46,675 nt of DNA from Acidimicrobiales bacterium (GTDB lineage: Bacteria > Actinomycetota > Acidimicrobiia > Acidimicrobiales > CADCSY01): positions 1 through 46,675 of the forward strand of contig JBBSKG010000003.1 in assembly GCA_038256565.1 (NCBI GenBank), in the 5' to 3' direction. Both the position numbers and the translations under genes were made by a program. Numbering within the stretch: the first letter of the stretch is position 1; each line of letters begins with the position of its first letter. Below, in pieces: positions 18,623-31,230 of this stretch. The notes under the pieces were generated by a model, which saw nothing but the letters and a program-made list of their open reading frames with translations, did no database searches and had not been told where the DNA came from.

Positions 18623-19632
18623 GCTGGGTCCTTCGCACGACTAGGTTGCACTCGCTTAGGTTCACCCTTTTGCTTGGCAAAACTTGGCGGCCAAGGGGCA
18701 TCGCCTAAGCCATCTTTTTCATCACACTCTGCCAATGCCAATAGCCCATCGAGTCGATAAGCGGTCTCGTCAATACCTGCCCCAACATCACCCAACTTGG
18801 CATAACGCAGCGGAACGGTAGCAATGGTCAGGTCATTCGGCTCAACATCTGGGACTTCGTCCCAAGTCAGAGGAGTAGACACGCGTCCCTCTGGGTTCGC
18901 TCGCACTGAATAAGCAGAGGCAACGGTTCGATCCCGAGCATTTTGGTTGTAGTCAATGAACACACGCTCACCTCGCTCTTCTTTCCACCACTTTGAAGTC
19001 GCTATGTCACCAAGCCTGCGTTCAACTTCACGAGCTAAAGCCAGTGCTGCCCGACGGACCTGAGTGAAATCCCATTCTGGTTCTATTCGCACGTTGACAT
19101 GCATGCCTCGTGACCCCGAGGTCTTAGGAAAGCCAACCAATTCGCCATGTTCTGCCAATACTTCACGACAAACCAAGGCGACACGCCTAACGGCGTCAAA
19201 AGTAACGCCTGGCTGAGGGTCAAGATCTATACGCAGCTCATCTGGGTGGTCGAGGTCGCTTCGCCTTACTGCCCATGGGTTTAAATCAAGACACCCAAGA
19301 TTGGCCGCCCATACCAAATCGGCGACATGGGTTGGGCACAACTCATCGGCGGTTCGGCCACTTGGAAAGCTGACCTGAACGGTCTCAATCCACGGTGGGC
19401 GTTTTTCTGGAGCACGTTTTTGAAAGAAGAACTCACCTTCGGCCCCATGTGGATAGCGCTTCAATACGGTAGGACGCTCAAATACGCCTCGTAATGCCCC
19501 CCCACCAACCGCAACATAGAACTGAGCAAGATCAAGTTTGGTCTCGCCACGAGTGGCGAAAAACACCTTTGATGGGTTCGTCACTCGAACCAATCTTCCA
19601 TCAACGTCAATCTCTACAGCGTCAGCCACCAC
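18619..19632 (-). CDS. Primase-polymerase (Prim-PolC / stand-alone LigD POL domain)
   Basis: FFQKRAP, PDELRIDLDP, KTSGSRGMH, WWKEERG, DYNQNARDRT.ASAYSVR; convergent with ligC. Confidence 0.9.
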   Translation of the reverse strand: MVADAVEIDVDGRLVRVTNPSKVFFATRGETKLDLAQFYVAVGGGALRGVFERPTVLKRYPHGAEGEFFFQKRAPEKRPPWIETVQVSFPSGRTADELCPTHVADLVWAANLGCLDLNPWAVRRSDLDHPDELRIDLDPQPGVTFDAVRRVALVCREVLAEHGELVGFPKTSGSRGMHVNVRIEPEWDFTQVRRAALALAREVERRLGDIATSKWWKEERGERVFIDYNQNARDRTVASAYSVRANPEGRVSTPLTWDEVPDVEPNDLTIATVPLRYAKLGDVGAGIDETAYRLDGLLALAECDEKDGLGDAPWPPSFAKQKGEPKRVQPSRAKDPA

Positions 19633-19683
19633 AACAACCTATTAGCGATGCCATGAGTCTCACTTACATCTTGGCTCGGAATG

Positions 19684-19709
19684 CTCAGGTGGCCACTCAA
19701 AACGCCGAT
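19684..19709 (+). promoter_or_regulatory. Sigma-28-type promoter for the flgN-like gene
   Basis: CTCA-N16-GCCGAT, 9 nt before ATG 19719 (probably leaderless). Confidence 0.65.
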
Positions 19710-19718
19710 TTCATACAC

Positions 19719-20285
19719 ATGATCACCGGACGCACCATGGACGATCTTTTGGCTGTGGTTGGCCGAGAGCGCCAAATCTTAGAACGACTTCTTTATCGGC
19801 TTCTTCAAACATCGAACATGATCACGATTGACGAAACTCGATTTCTTCACTGGCTCGCGCTTGACCTTGAACGAGTAGCCGACCATCTGCGAGAAATTGA
19901 CTTGCAAAGAAGCATTATTGCAGTCGGCCTAGAAGGGGAACAACAGAGTCTCCCCTCTCAGATCACCATGACTACGATCTCGGCAAACGCCCCAACTCCA
20001 TACCGGTTTCTATTGGACGATCACCAAAGTGAAATGAGTGCACTGGTCGGTGAAATCGGTACGAATGTGGCCCATATTCGAGACCTCATTGAAGAACGCC
20101 TAAACACACTCGCATGCGTACCTTCAAAGCCATGTCGTCCACATCTAGCTGTACACAATCACCACGACGATCTAGACCGCATGGATGCTCTCGATCGGGA
20201 GATTCTCAACGCTGGTTATGAGACGATTCTCTTAGCCTGTGATCGTCTCCAGTTGCCTGAGCTAGTCCGTTTTCTTGAATGCTGA
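19719..20285 (+). CDS. FlgN-like export chaperone with FlgL-like C-terminal tail
   Basis: RERQILERLLYRL...ETRFL...LERV..HLREIDLQR...APTPYRFLLDDH resembles actinobacterial FlgN; tail GYETILLACDRLQLPELVRFL. Confidence 0.65.
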   Translation: MITGRTMDDLLAVVGRERQILERLLYRLLQTSNMITIDETRFLHWLALDLERVADHLREIDLQRSIIAVGLEGEQQSLPSQITMTTISANAPTPYRFLLDDHQSEMSALVGEIGTNVAHIRDLIEERLNTLACVPSKPCRPHLAVHNHHDDLDRMDALDREILNAGYETILLACDRLQLPELVRFLEC

Positions 20286-20290
20286 ACAAG

Positions 20291-20324
20291 CTGGTCCTAA
20301 GGACCCAAGACACTGGTCCTAAGG
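20291..20324. repeat. 12-bp direct repeat between convergent stop codons
   Basis: CTGGTCCTAAGG at 20291 and 20313; the first copy is part of the hairpin GGTCC-taa-GGACC. Confidence 0.7.
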
Positions 20325-20325
20325 C

Positions 20326-21153
20326 CTACATGCTGATGCGGTCACGCCAATCGCTACATTCTCCTAGCGCACCAGCAAATCGCGCGCGTCGATCAGCAGC
20401 AACGCCTACTTCGTCTTCGTTGCTTTGTTCATCCCCGTCATATTGAGCGCTGATTCCCTGACGCAACATTTCCAATGCTTCTGATCGCATCTGTGAAACT
20501 CGCGAGGCCGTAACCCCAAGAAACCTAGCTAAATCATGAGAAGTGCGACCTTCAAGGAAGTACCCAATTACGACAAGACGATGGCGCTCAGGCAAGAGCG
20601 CTATGGCATCTCGCAAGTAAGCATGAAGCTCTCGACGCTCAAGTTCTTCACTGGGCTCAAGATTGCCGAGATCCATAAGGGTCTCGCCCAAAGTCATCGA
20701 CTCATCTTCATCTGAAGACATGTGGTCAAGTGCCAGAACAACTGAACGACTAATTTTGCCCTGGAGCCTTAACAACTGCTCGGTAGTTGTCTCCATGGCC
20801 GCAGCTATTTCTTCCAAAGTAGGAGCGCGGCCAAACTCGTTAGCCAGTCGCTGCGAAGTGTGTTCAAAAGAACGAGCCATAGTCCGAAGTGATCGCGGTG
20901 CCCAGTCGGCAGAACGAACGGCATCAAGAATGGCACCCCTTATACGCTGCGCTGCAAAGCGCTGAAATGGCACTCCTCGTGCGAAGTCATAGCGCTGTGC
21001 TGCCTCTACAAGACCCAACGCTCCAGCTCGATTCAGCTCTTCACGATCAACGTGACGGGGAAAATGCACCGCCACCTGAAACACAATGTGACGAACCAAC
21101 GGCTCGAACTCTTCAATCGCGGCTTGTCGATCAAAAGTCTCTAATGTTTCCAT
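20326..21153 (-). CDS. fliA: FliA/WhiG-family (sigma-28) RNA polymerase sigma factor
   Basis: P.HVDREEL...GALGLVEAA.RYD..RGVPF, RIRGAILD..R..DWAPRS, LPER..LV, LGVTASRVSQ. Start ATG 21153 after a GGGAGTGGG RBS. Confidence 0.9.
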   Translation of the reverse strand: METLETFDRQAAIEEFEPLVRHIVFQVAVHFPRHVDREELNRAGALGLVEAAQRYDFARGVPFQRFAAQRIRGAILDAVRSADWAPRSLRTMARSFEHTSQRLANEFGRAPTLEEIAAAMETTTEQLLRLQGKISRSVVLALDHMSSDEDESMTLGETLMDLGNLEPSEELERRELHAYLRDAIALLPERHRLVVIGYFLEGRTSHDLARFLGVTASRVSQMRSEALEMLRQGISAQYDGDEQSNEDEVGVAADRRARFAGALGECSDWRDRISM

Positions 21154-21195
21154 ATTCCCACTCCCCATTCGCTCGTGCACCACTCTCCACTATGG

Positions 21196-21223
21196 GTAAC
21201 GGCATTTCGGAAGCAGAACTTTA
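21196..21223 (-). promoter_or_regulatory. Sigma-28-type promoter upstream of fliA
   Basis: Minus strand TAAA-N16-GCCGTTAC versus canonical TAAA-N15/16-GCCGATAA, with an AT-rich UP-like tract at ~21226-21245. Confidence 0.65.
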
Positions 21224-21250
21224 GCGAAAATATTAAAAATCTTTTGGGGG

Positions 21251-21276
21251 TCTCAGTGAGAGCTCTCAGTGAGAGC
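21251..21276. repeat. Tandem 13-bp palindromic repeat
   Basis: TCTCAGTGAGAGC x2, upstream of the fliA promoter. Confidence 0.75.
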
Positions 21277-22281
21277 CTAGAAACCTCCGTCTTCAGCTCC
21301 TGTAAATACCGCCGCCTTAACGCCTCTACTGGCTAATTCACTGAGGAAAGGGGTTGTTTCTACCAAACCAGCAAGCCCGCTAGACCCTCCGGTGCCAAGA
21401 CGACCAGACGCTGCCCAAACAGCAGCTACAGTTGCAACCACACCGGCACCTACAGCAGGACGGTCTATAACCCCAAACACTGTTGTCTCGCGCTTCGAGC
21501 CTTTCAATCCCCTTATCTCAACACGCAATGCTCCTAGTTTCTCGTCTTCTTTAAAACGAGCGGGTAGCAAAAGCCGAGCCGACCAACGTTCCTTGCGAGA
21601 TGAGGAAAGGCGCGTAGTGGTCCTCTTGAGATCATCGAATACCGGCTGCAAAAGCAATGCTTCGGGCAAACTCGCTCGATAACAATCCTGAGCCCCAACT
21701 GGGTCTGGAAACCAACACAACTCTCGCCCCGACCCTGGCTTATGGCTAACCCAAGCCCCGTCAATCCAATCGACCGTCTCTTGCCTTAGGGCACTTCGCC
21801 GCTGTTGTGCGCAGGCCAAACCACCACTTCCAACACGCGCTATGTGTACCTCGTCAACCTGGTCGAAGGCCTTAGCTCCATGAGCTGCCAACACACATGA
21901 CAGCCCCGGAGAGAACCCAGCCCCAACCGCCATGACCAGGCCAGCACGACGAAAGTCGTTATCCATCGCCAACAATTCCTGCACTTCTTCAGGGCTACCT
22001 GACAGAGATACGACATGAGCGCCTATCTTGAGCGCCTCATTTGCAGCACCTCTGTGCAAACCAACTCCAGTAGCGACAACTACGACATCTACGTCATCTG
22101 CTTGCCAACGTCCAGGAGCCGCTCTTGTGACCTTTACGGTTTCAGCCAAAGAATCCAACACGGCCTTCGCTCGATTGGTGTTGGCATCTACGACGGTGAC
22201 GTGCTCAATGACTTCGGTTGAAACAAGCTGTCGAGCTACACGCGAACCAACAGCCCCCACCCCAAGAACGGCTATGTGCAT
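21277..22281 (-). CDS. NAD(P)-dependent oxidoreductase (saccharopine dehydrogenase-like)
   Basis: Rossmann motif IAVLGVGAVG and GAGFSPGLS. Confidence 0.75.
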   Translation of the reverse strand: MHIAVLGVGAVGSRVARQLVSTEVIEHVTVVDANTNRAKAVLDSLAETVKVTRAAPGRWQADDVDVVVVATGVGLHRGAANEALKIGAHVVSLSGSPEEVQELLAMDNDFRRAGLVMAVGAGFSPGLSCVLAAHGAKAFDQVDEVHIARVGSGGLACAQQRRSALRQETVDWIDGAWVSHKPGSGRELCWFPDPVGAQDCYRASLPEALLLQPVFDDLKRTTTRLSSSRKERWSARLLLPARFKEDEKLGALRVEIRGLKGSKRETTVFGVIDRPAVGAGVVATVAAVWAASGRLGTGGSSGLAGLVETTPFLSELASRGVKAAVFTGAEDGGF

Positions 22282-22290
22282 AAGGGGGCG

Positions 22291-22428
22291 CTATCGCAAA
22301 TCGGGGCCGGACAGTTCACGCCAGCCACCAGCTTTTGGCGGAACACCCCCCGATCCTCGAAGCCGGAGCACACCAGCAATCACGGCTGTCACGCCGAGAG
22401 CCAAAACGGTACGTCGAAAGAATTTCAC
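22291..22428 (-). CDS. 45-aa single-pass membrane microprotein (absent from the ORF track)
   Basis: GTG 22428 gives MKFFRRTVLALGVTAVIAGVLRLRGSGGVPPKAGGWRELSGPDLR*; exactly fills the gap between tRNA-Ile and the next gene. Confidence 0.7.
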   Translation of the reverse strand: MKFFRRTVLALGVTAVIAGVLRLRGSGGVPPKAGGWRELSGPDLR

Positions 22429-22430
22429 GG

Positions 22431-22504
22431 TGGGGCTAGCTGGAATCGAACCAGCGACCTCATCCTTATCAGGGATGCGCTCTAACCGACTGAGCTATAG
22501 CCCC
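22431..22504 (-). tRNA. tRNA-Ile(GAT)
   Basis: GGGGCTATAGCTCAGTCGGTTAGAGCGCATCCCTGATAAGGATGAGGTCGCTGGTTCGATTCCAGCTAGCCCCA; followed by CCG, so CCA is not fully encoded. Confidence 0.96.
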
Positions 22505-22527
22505 GTGGACACATCGGCTGAGCAACG

Positions 22528-23112
22528 CTAGCGCAGGTTTGCGTCAACCACATTCTCGTCAACCAACACGGTCTCGTCGGACAAAACGATCTTAAAGCCA
22601 CCCACCACTTCACTAATGAGGTTGTAAAACAGCACCAAGAACGAAGTCATCAGCGAACTCGCCACCACAAAGATAAACCCCGCCAATGTTGTGCCAGCTG
22701 CAAGCTGAGCGATGTTGACTTTGACGTCTTCCCAGCCGAGGTCAGCAAGAAAATCTGTAAATCCACTTGTCAGGCCCGTAACTAACCCTCCAACAACCAT
22801 CGCCGTAACAGCAACCACCAGCATCAGATAAACGCAGAAGAAAAAGACCGCCGAAACCCTTAGTGCTGCCATTGGTTCGATCCGGTAAACCTCTACGTAG
22901 CTAGTCATAGTTGCGCGACGGGTACGACCAGACACCTTAGGTTTCTTTGGGCCTGGTTTAGGTTTATTTGGGTCTGGTTTCGGCTTTACCTCAACTTGTC
23001 GCGAGCCCCCAGAAGAGGAGCCAGTACTCTCATAAGAACCGCTTGTTGAAGTAGTAGTCGAAGTTTCCGGTGCTACTGGTTGGTTGGTTACTGGGGAGGG
23101 ATCAGACGACAC
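22528..23112 (-). CDS. DUF3566-like membrane protein
   Basis: Low-complexity N-terminus, RIEPMAALRVS, two TM segments, FYNLISEVVGG; canonical position between gyrA and tRNA-Ile. Confidence 0.85.
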   Translation of the reverse strand: MSSDPSPVTNQPVAPETSTTTSTSGSYESTGSSSGGSRQVEVKPKPDPNKPKPGPKKPKVSGRTRRATMTSYVEVYRIEPMAALRVSAVFFFCVYLMLVVAVTAMVVGGLVTGLTSGFTDFLADLGWEDVKVNIAQLAAGTTLAGFIFVVASSLMTSFLVLFYNLISEVVGGFKIVLSDETVLVDENVVDANLR

Positions 23113-23744
23113 AACTCAAAGTGTACGGGATCGGTCTTGGCGACGGGTTGACAGAGCCCCACGTCACCGGCAATTCGGGCCAGCGAAGGAGCAAAGGAGA
23201 GTGGAACGTCAATAGCGAGACCTTGTTCATGCTTGGAACTTCCAGGTTTTGCAACCGGATATGGGTTTGATCCTCTATTGTTGTAAAGCCGCTGTTGTTG
23301 TTCTATTGAACGCCATCCCGACGAGACGGGAACGGGTTTTCCCAACAAGGCTTCAGCTCTAGCCAGGGCATTAAATAGTTGGGGGTGTAGACCTTTGGCC
23401 CCTGTCCCATGAGGCGAATCGGGTATCGAACCCTCCGCTCTCGCAGATACCTTGGTTCCGCCGAGTTCCACCGTAACCTGTGCTTCTCGTCCCTCTACAA
23501 CAAACGAAACCAGCCGAGCACCATTAATCTGAGCAACTTGACGGGCTGCTTGTTCACCTTCTACCGCACCAGCCAATGCTGCTGCATCAGCTGCCGTACG
23601 AGCTTGAGCCGCCATAGATGCTTCGGCACCAAAGCGTGCTATTCCCATTGCTAACCCAGCGGTGACAACAACAAAGAGAGCGATGAATGGAGTGATTGAG
23701 CCGCGCTCGTCTAAACGAACGCTGGGTTGTAGACATTTCGACAC
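23088..23744 (-). CDS. TadE/TadG-like pseudopilin fused to an M15 (VanY-like) metallopeptidase
   Basis: DERGS + hydrophobic helix + ARTAADAAALAGA; C-terminal SGWRS..QQ.LY...AKPGSSKHEQGLAID...DPVHFE. Confidence 0.8.
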   Translation of the reverse strand: MSKCLQPSVRLDERGSITPFIALFVVVTAGLAMGIARFGAEASMAAQARTAADAAALAGAVEGEQAARQVAQINGARLVSFVVEGREAQVTVELGGTKVSARAEGSIPDSPHGTGAKGLHPQLFNALARAEALLGKPVPVSSGWRSIEQQQRLYNNRGSNPYPVAKPGSSKHEQGLAIDVPLSFAPSLARIAGDVGLCQPVAKTDPVHFELCRLIPPQ

Positions 23745-23863
23745 GATGTTCCCTCATGCACGAGCCTTGGCGAAGCCATGGCAAAAGCATCAAAGGGGGA
23801 AGAGCGATCGAAATCAAAAACCAATCTATATTGAAATAACCTGAAATACAATTTCACAGGCCA

Positions 23864-28732
<4,869 letters not shown>

Positions 28733-28733
<1 letters not shown>

Positions 28734-29851
28734 CAGCCGACTCCGCCGAGGTCGTAGAAGATTTTTCCAGCCTGCACCCTGACCACCTTTTCGGGTATTG
28801 CCTTGGCAGGCAAGTCCTCAGTAGTGGTGAGTAATGCCTGGCCAGGTGGCAAATGTGCCAATAGAGCCTCTGAACGACTGGGGTCTAATTCGGAAAATAC
28901 GTCGTCAAGCAACAAAATTGGCGGTGTTCGAGTGTCTAAATACACCAGATGATGAGACGCTAACCGCAACGCTAGAGCGAGCGAGCGTTGCTCGCCTTGT
29001 GACGCATGGGTGCGCGCAACAAAGTCATCAAGGTGAACAGTCACCTCGTCTCTATGAGGTCCGACGGTCGTCACACCACGTCGAAGATCGTCTTTTTGGG
29101 CTTCATTAAGTGCTTTAGCTAGTCCATTCTCTCGCCAAGGAGCGTCATAACGCAGTCCCACCTTGGTCGATCGAGCAGCAACCTGGTTGTAGGTCTCGTC
29201 AACGAGTGGGTTAAGCCGATCGACCAAGGTGGCTCTTAGGTTTCCAAGGGTTTCCCCTAATGAAGACATTTTGGAATCCCATACTTCAAGAGTCGATGCG
29301 ACCTCAAAAGTCAGGCGACCTCCAGCCTGTTTCAATAATGCATTACGTTGCCGAAGCACTCGATCAAGGTCGCCCATCAATGCGTCATGTCTTGATGCCA
29401 ACGACACCAAGACGGCATCAAGATACGCGCGACGCTCGCTCGGACCACCCTTAATCAGACGTAAATCATCAGGTGAAAAGGTCGTAACTCGAACGGATCC
29501 CAAAAGATCGCGTGTTCGTTTAAGGGCTTGGCGATTCACAAGAACACGATCACGACCACTCAAGCGCAGCTCGGATTCGATCGAAATCATTCGGTGGCGT
29601 TGCTCATCAACTACTTGCATATCTTGATCGACTACCGCCCTCACCACAGCGGTCTCAGCCCCGTGACGCACGAGCGCTTCATTTGGGGTACCCCTAAACG
29701 AGGAAAGGGTTGCAAGGTACCCAATAGCTTCAATCAGGTTTGTTTTGCCCTCACCGTTAGGTCCAATAATGGCTGTTAACCCTGGTGCGGGCTCAAGGTT
29801 TACCTGGTGATAGCTGCGAAAATCAACAAGATCGATTGAAACCAGCCGCAC
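28733..29851 (-). CDS. recF: DNA replication/repair protein RecF
   Basis: GPNGEGKTN, GPHRDE, ASQGEQRS, LLLDDVFSELD. Confidence 0.97.
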
Positions 29852-29863
29852 GCCAGAAAAGCC

Positions 29864-30958
29864 CTAAGAAACTCGAACGGGCATGAGGAGATACAAGAAG
29901 TTGTCATCTTTTACAGAACGGATGACGGCTGGCTTAAGCCCATCAATGGTTTCTATTGAAACTTCATCGCCACTTATTGCGTCAATACCGTCAATCAAAT
30001 ATTCAGGGTTGAAGGCAATAATCATTTCTTCACCCTCATAAGACGCATCGACTAGTTCTTCGGCCTGACCCACGTCTTGAGTTATAGCTAATAACTCCAC
30101 GGAATTTTCACTAAGTGAAAGACGAATGGGCGTAGATTCCTTCGCCATCAACTTCACTCGTTTGATCGCGTCAATCAGAGCTTCACGCCCAACCACCACA
30201 CGATTTGGCGAACTTGTGGGAATGAGCTGACGGTAATTCGGAAACTCGCCTTCTATCAAACGAGTCGTAAGTTTTAATGATCCCACTCCAAAAGTGGCGT
30301 CGCGTTCCCCAAGACGAAGTTCTACCGTCCCCTCGGTTCCAATGATTCGCACAAGTTCACCTAATGCTTTGGATGGAATCAACACAGACTGACCTTCTAC
30401 CAACTTTAAAGATCCAGTTACATCGCATAGAGCAAGCCGGTAAGAGTCTGTTGCTACTAAACGTAGTTCTTCGCCTTCGGCTACGAGGAGTACGCCTGTC
30501 AAAATAGGTCGAGCATCATCATGACTTGCAGCGCGAACAACCTGACGAAGTGCTTCAGCGATTATAGACGCATCGAAGGAAACTGGGTCTTGTTCTGAGT
30601 CAGTAAGTCGGGGGTAATCATCAGCTGGTAGTAACCGAACGGTAAAATGAGACCTTCCTGCTATCAGATTTGCTTCGTCTCCTTCGATCTCAAAACGTAC
30701 TGCGCCTGGTTCAAGGGCTCGCACGATATCAGTGGTTAGGCGGGCAGGAAATACCGTCACTCCATCTTGTTCACCGTTAACAGTAAGAACTGTTTCGATA
30801 GTCAGATCAAGATCACTACCAATCAGACTGAGGCGATCACCTGCAAGCGTTGCGTGAATGCCAGAAAGTACCGGCAAGGCGCCACCACGACTCGTCACAG
30901 CACGCGACACAGTCGCTAAAGCCTCGACCAATACATCTCGCTCGCAACGGAACTTCAC
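29864..30958 (-). CDS. dnaN: DNA polymerase III beta clamp
   Basis: SDLDLTI, RPILTGV, ATDSYRL, FNPEYL, LLMPVR. Confidence 0.97.
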   Translation of the reverse strand: MKFRCERDVLVEALATVSRAVTSRGGALPVLSGIHATLAGDRLSLIGSDLDLTIETVLTVNGEQDGVTVFPARLTTDIVRALEPGAVRFEIEGDEANLIAGRSHFTVRLLPADDYPRLTDSEQDPVSFDASIIAEALRQVVRAASHDDARPILTGVLLVAEGEELRLVATDSYRLALCDVTGSLKLVEGQSVLIPSKALGELVRIIGTEGTVELRLGERDATFGVGSLKLTTRLIEGEFPNYRQLIPTSSPNRVVVGREALIDAIKRVKLMAKESTPIRLSLSENSVELLAITQDVGQAEELVDASYEGEEMIIAFNPEYLIDGIDAISGDEVSIETIDGLKPAVIRSVKDDNFLYLLMPVRVS

Positions 30959-31230
30959 GATTTCCTCCCTATTACTATTAAAAAGAAGTAATTTAATAGT
31001 ACTAATAATAAGACTTGTGGATTGTGGATAACCACAGGTTCATGCAGCTTAAGACCAGTTTTGTTATTAGCTGGAAATCCACAGACTATGAAACTTACGA
31101 ATCAAAACTTTACGCATGTGACCCATTGTGTGGATAACGAAGGCATCTCCCCAGGATGTTTTGAGGTTATCCACAGGAATATCCACATGACTGTATATAC
31201 TACCATAATAACCCCTTTCATTAACTTTCA
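30959..31230. other. oriC (dnaA-dnaN intergenic): DnaA boxes, DnaA-trios, AT-rich unwinding element
   Basis: Perfect boxes at 31023-31031, 31129-31137 and 31167-31175; degenerate boxes at ~31016, 31075 and 31179; trios TAA TAG TAC TAA TAA TAA at 30994-31011. Confidence 0.92.

Noticed and set aside
22028-22531. 167-aa plus-strand ORF
   Set aside because: Antisense to tRNA-Ile, the microprotein and the oxidoreductase.
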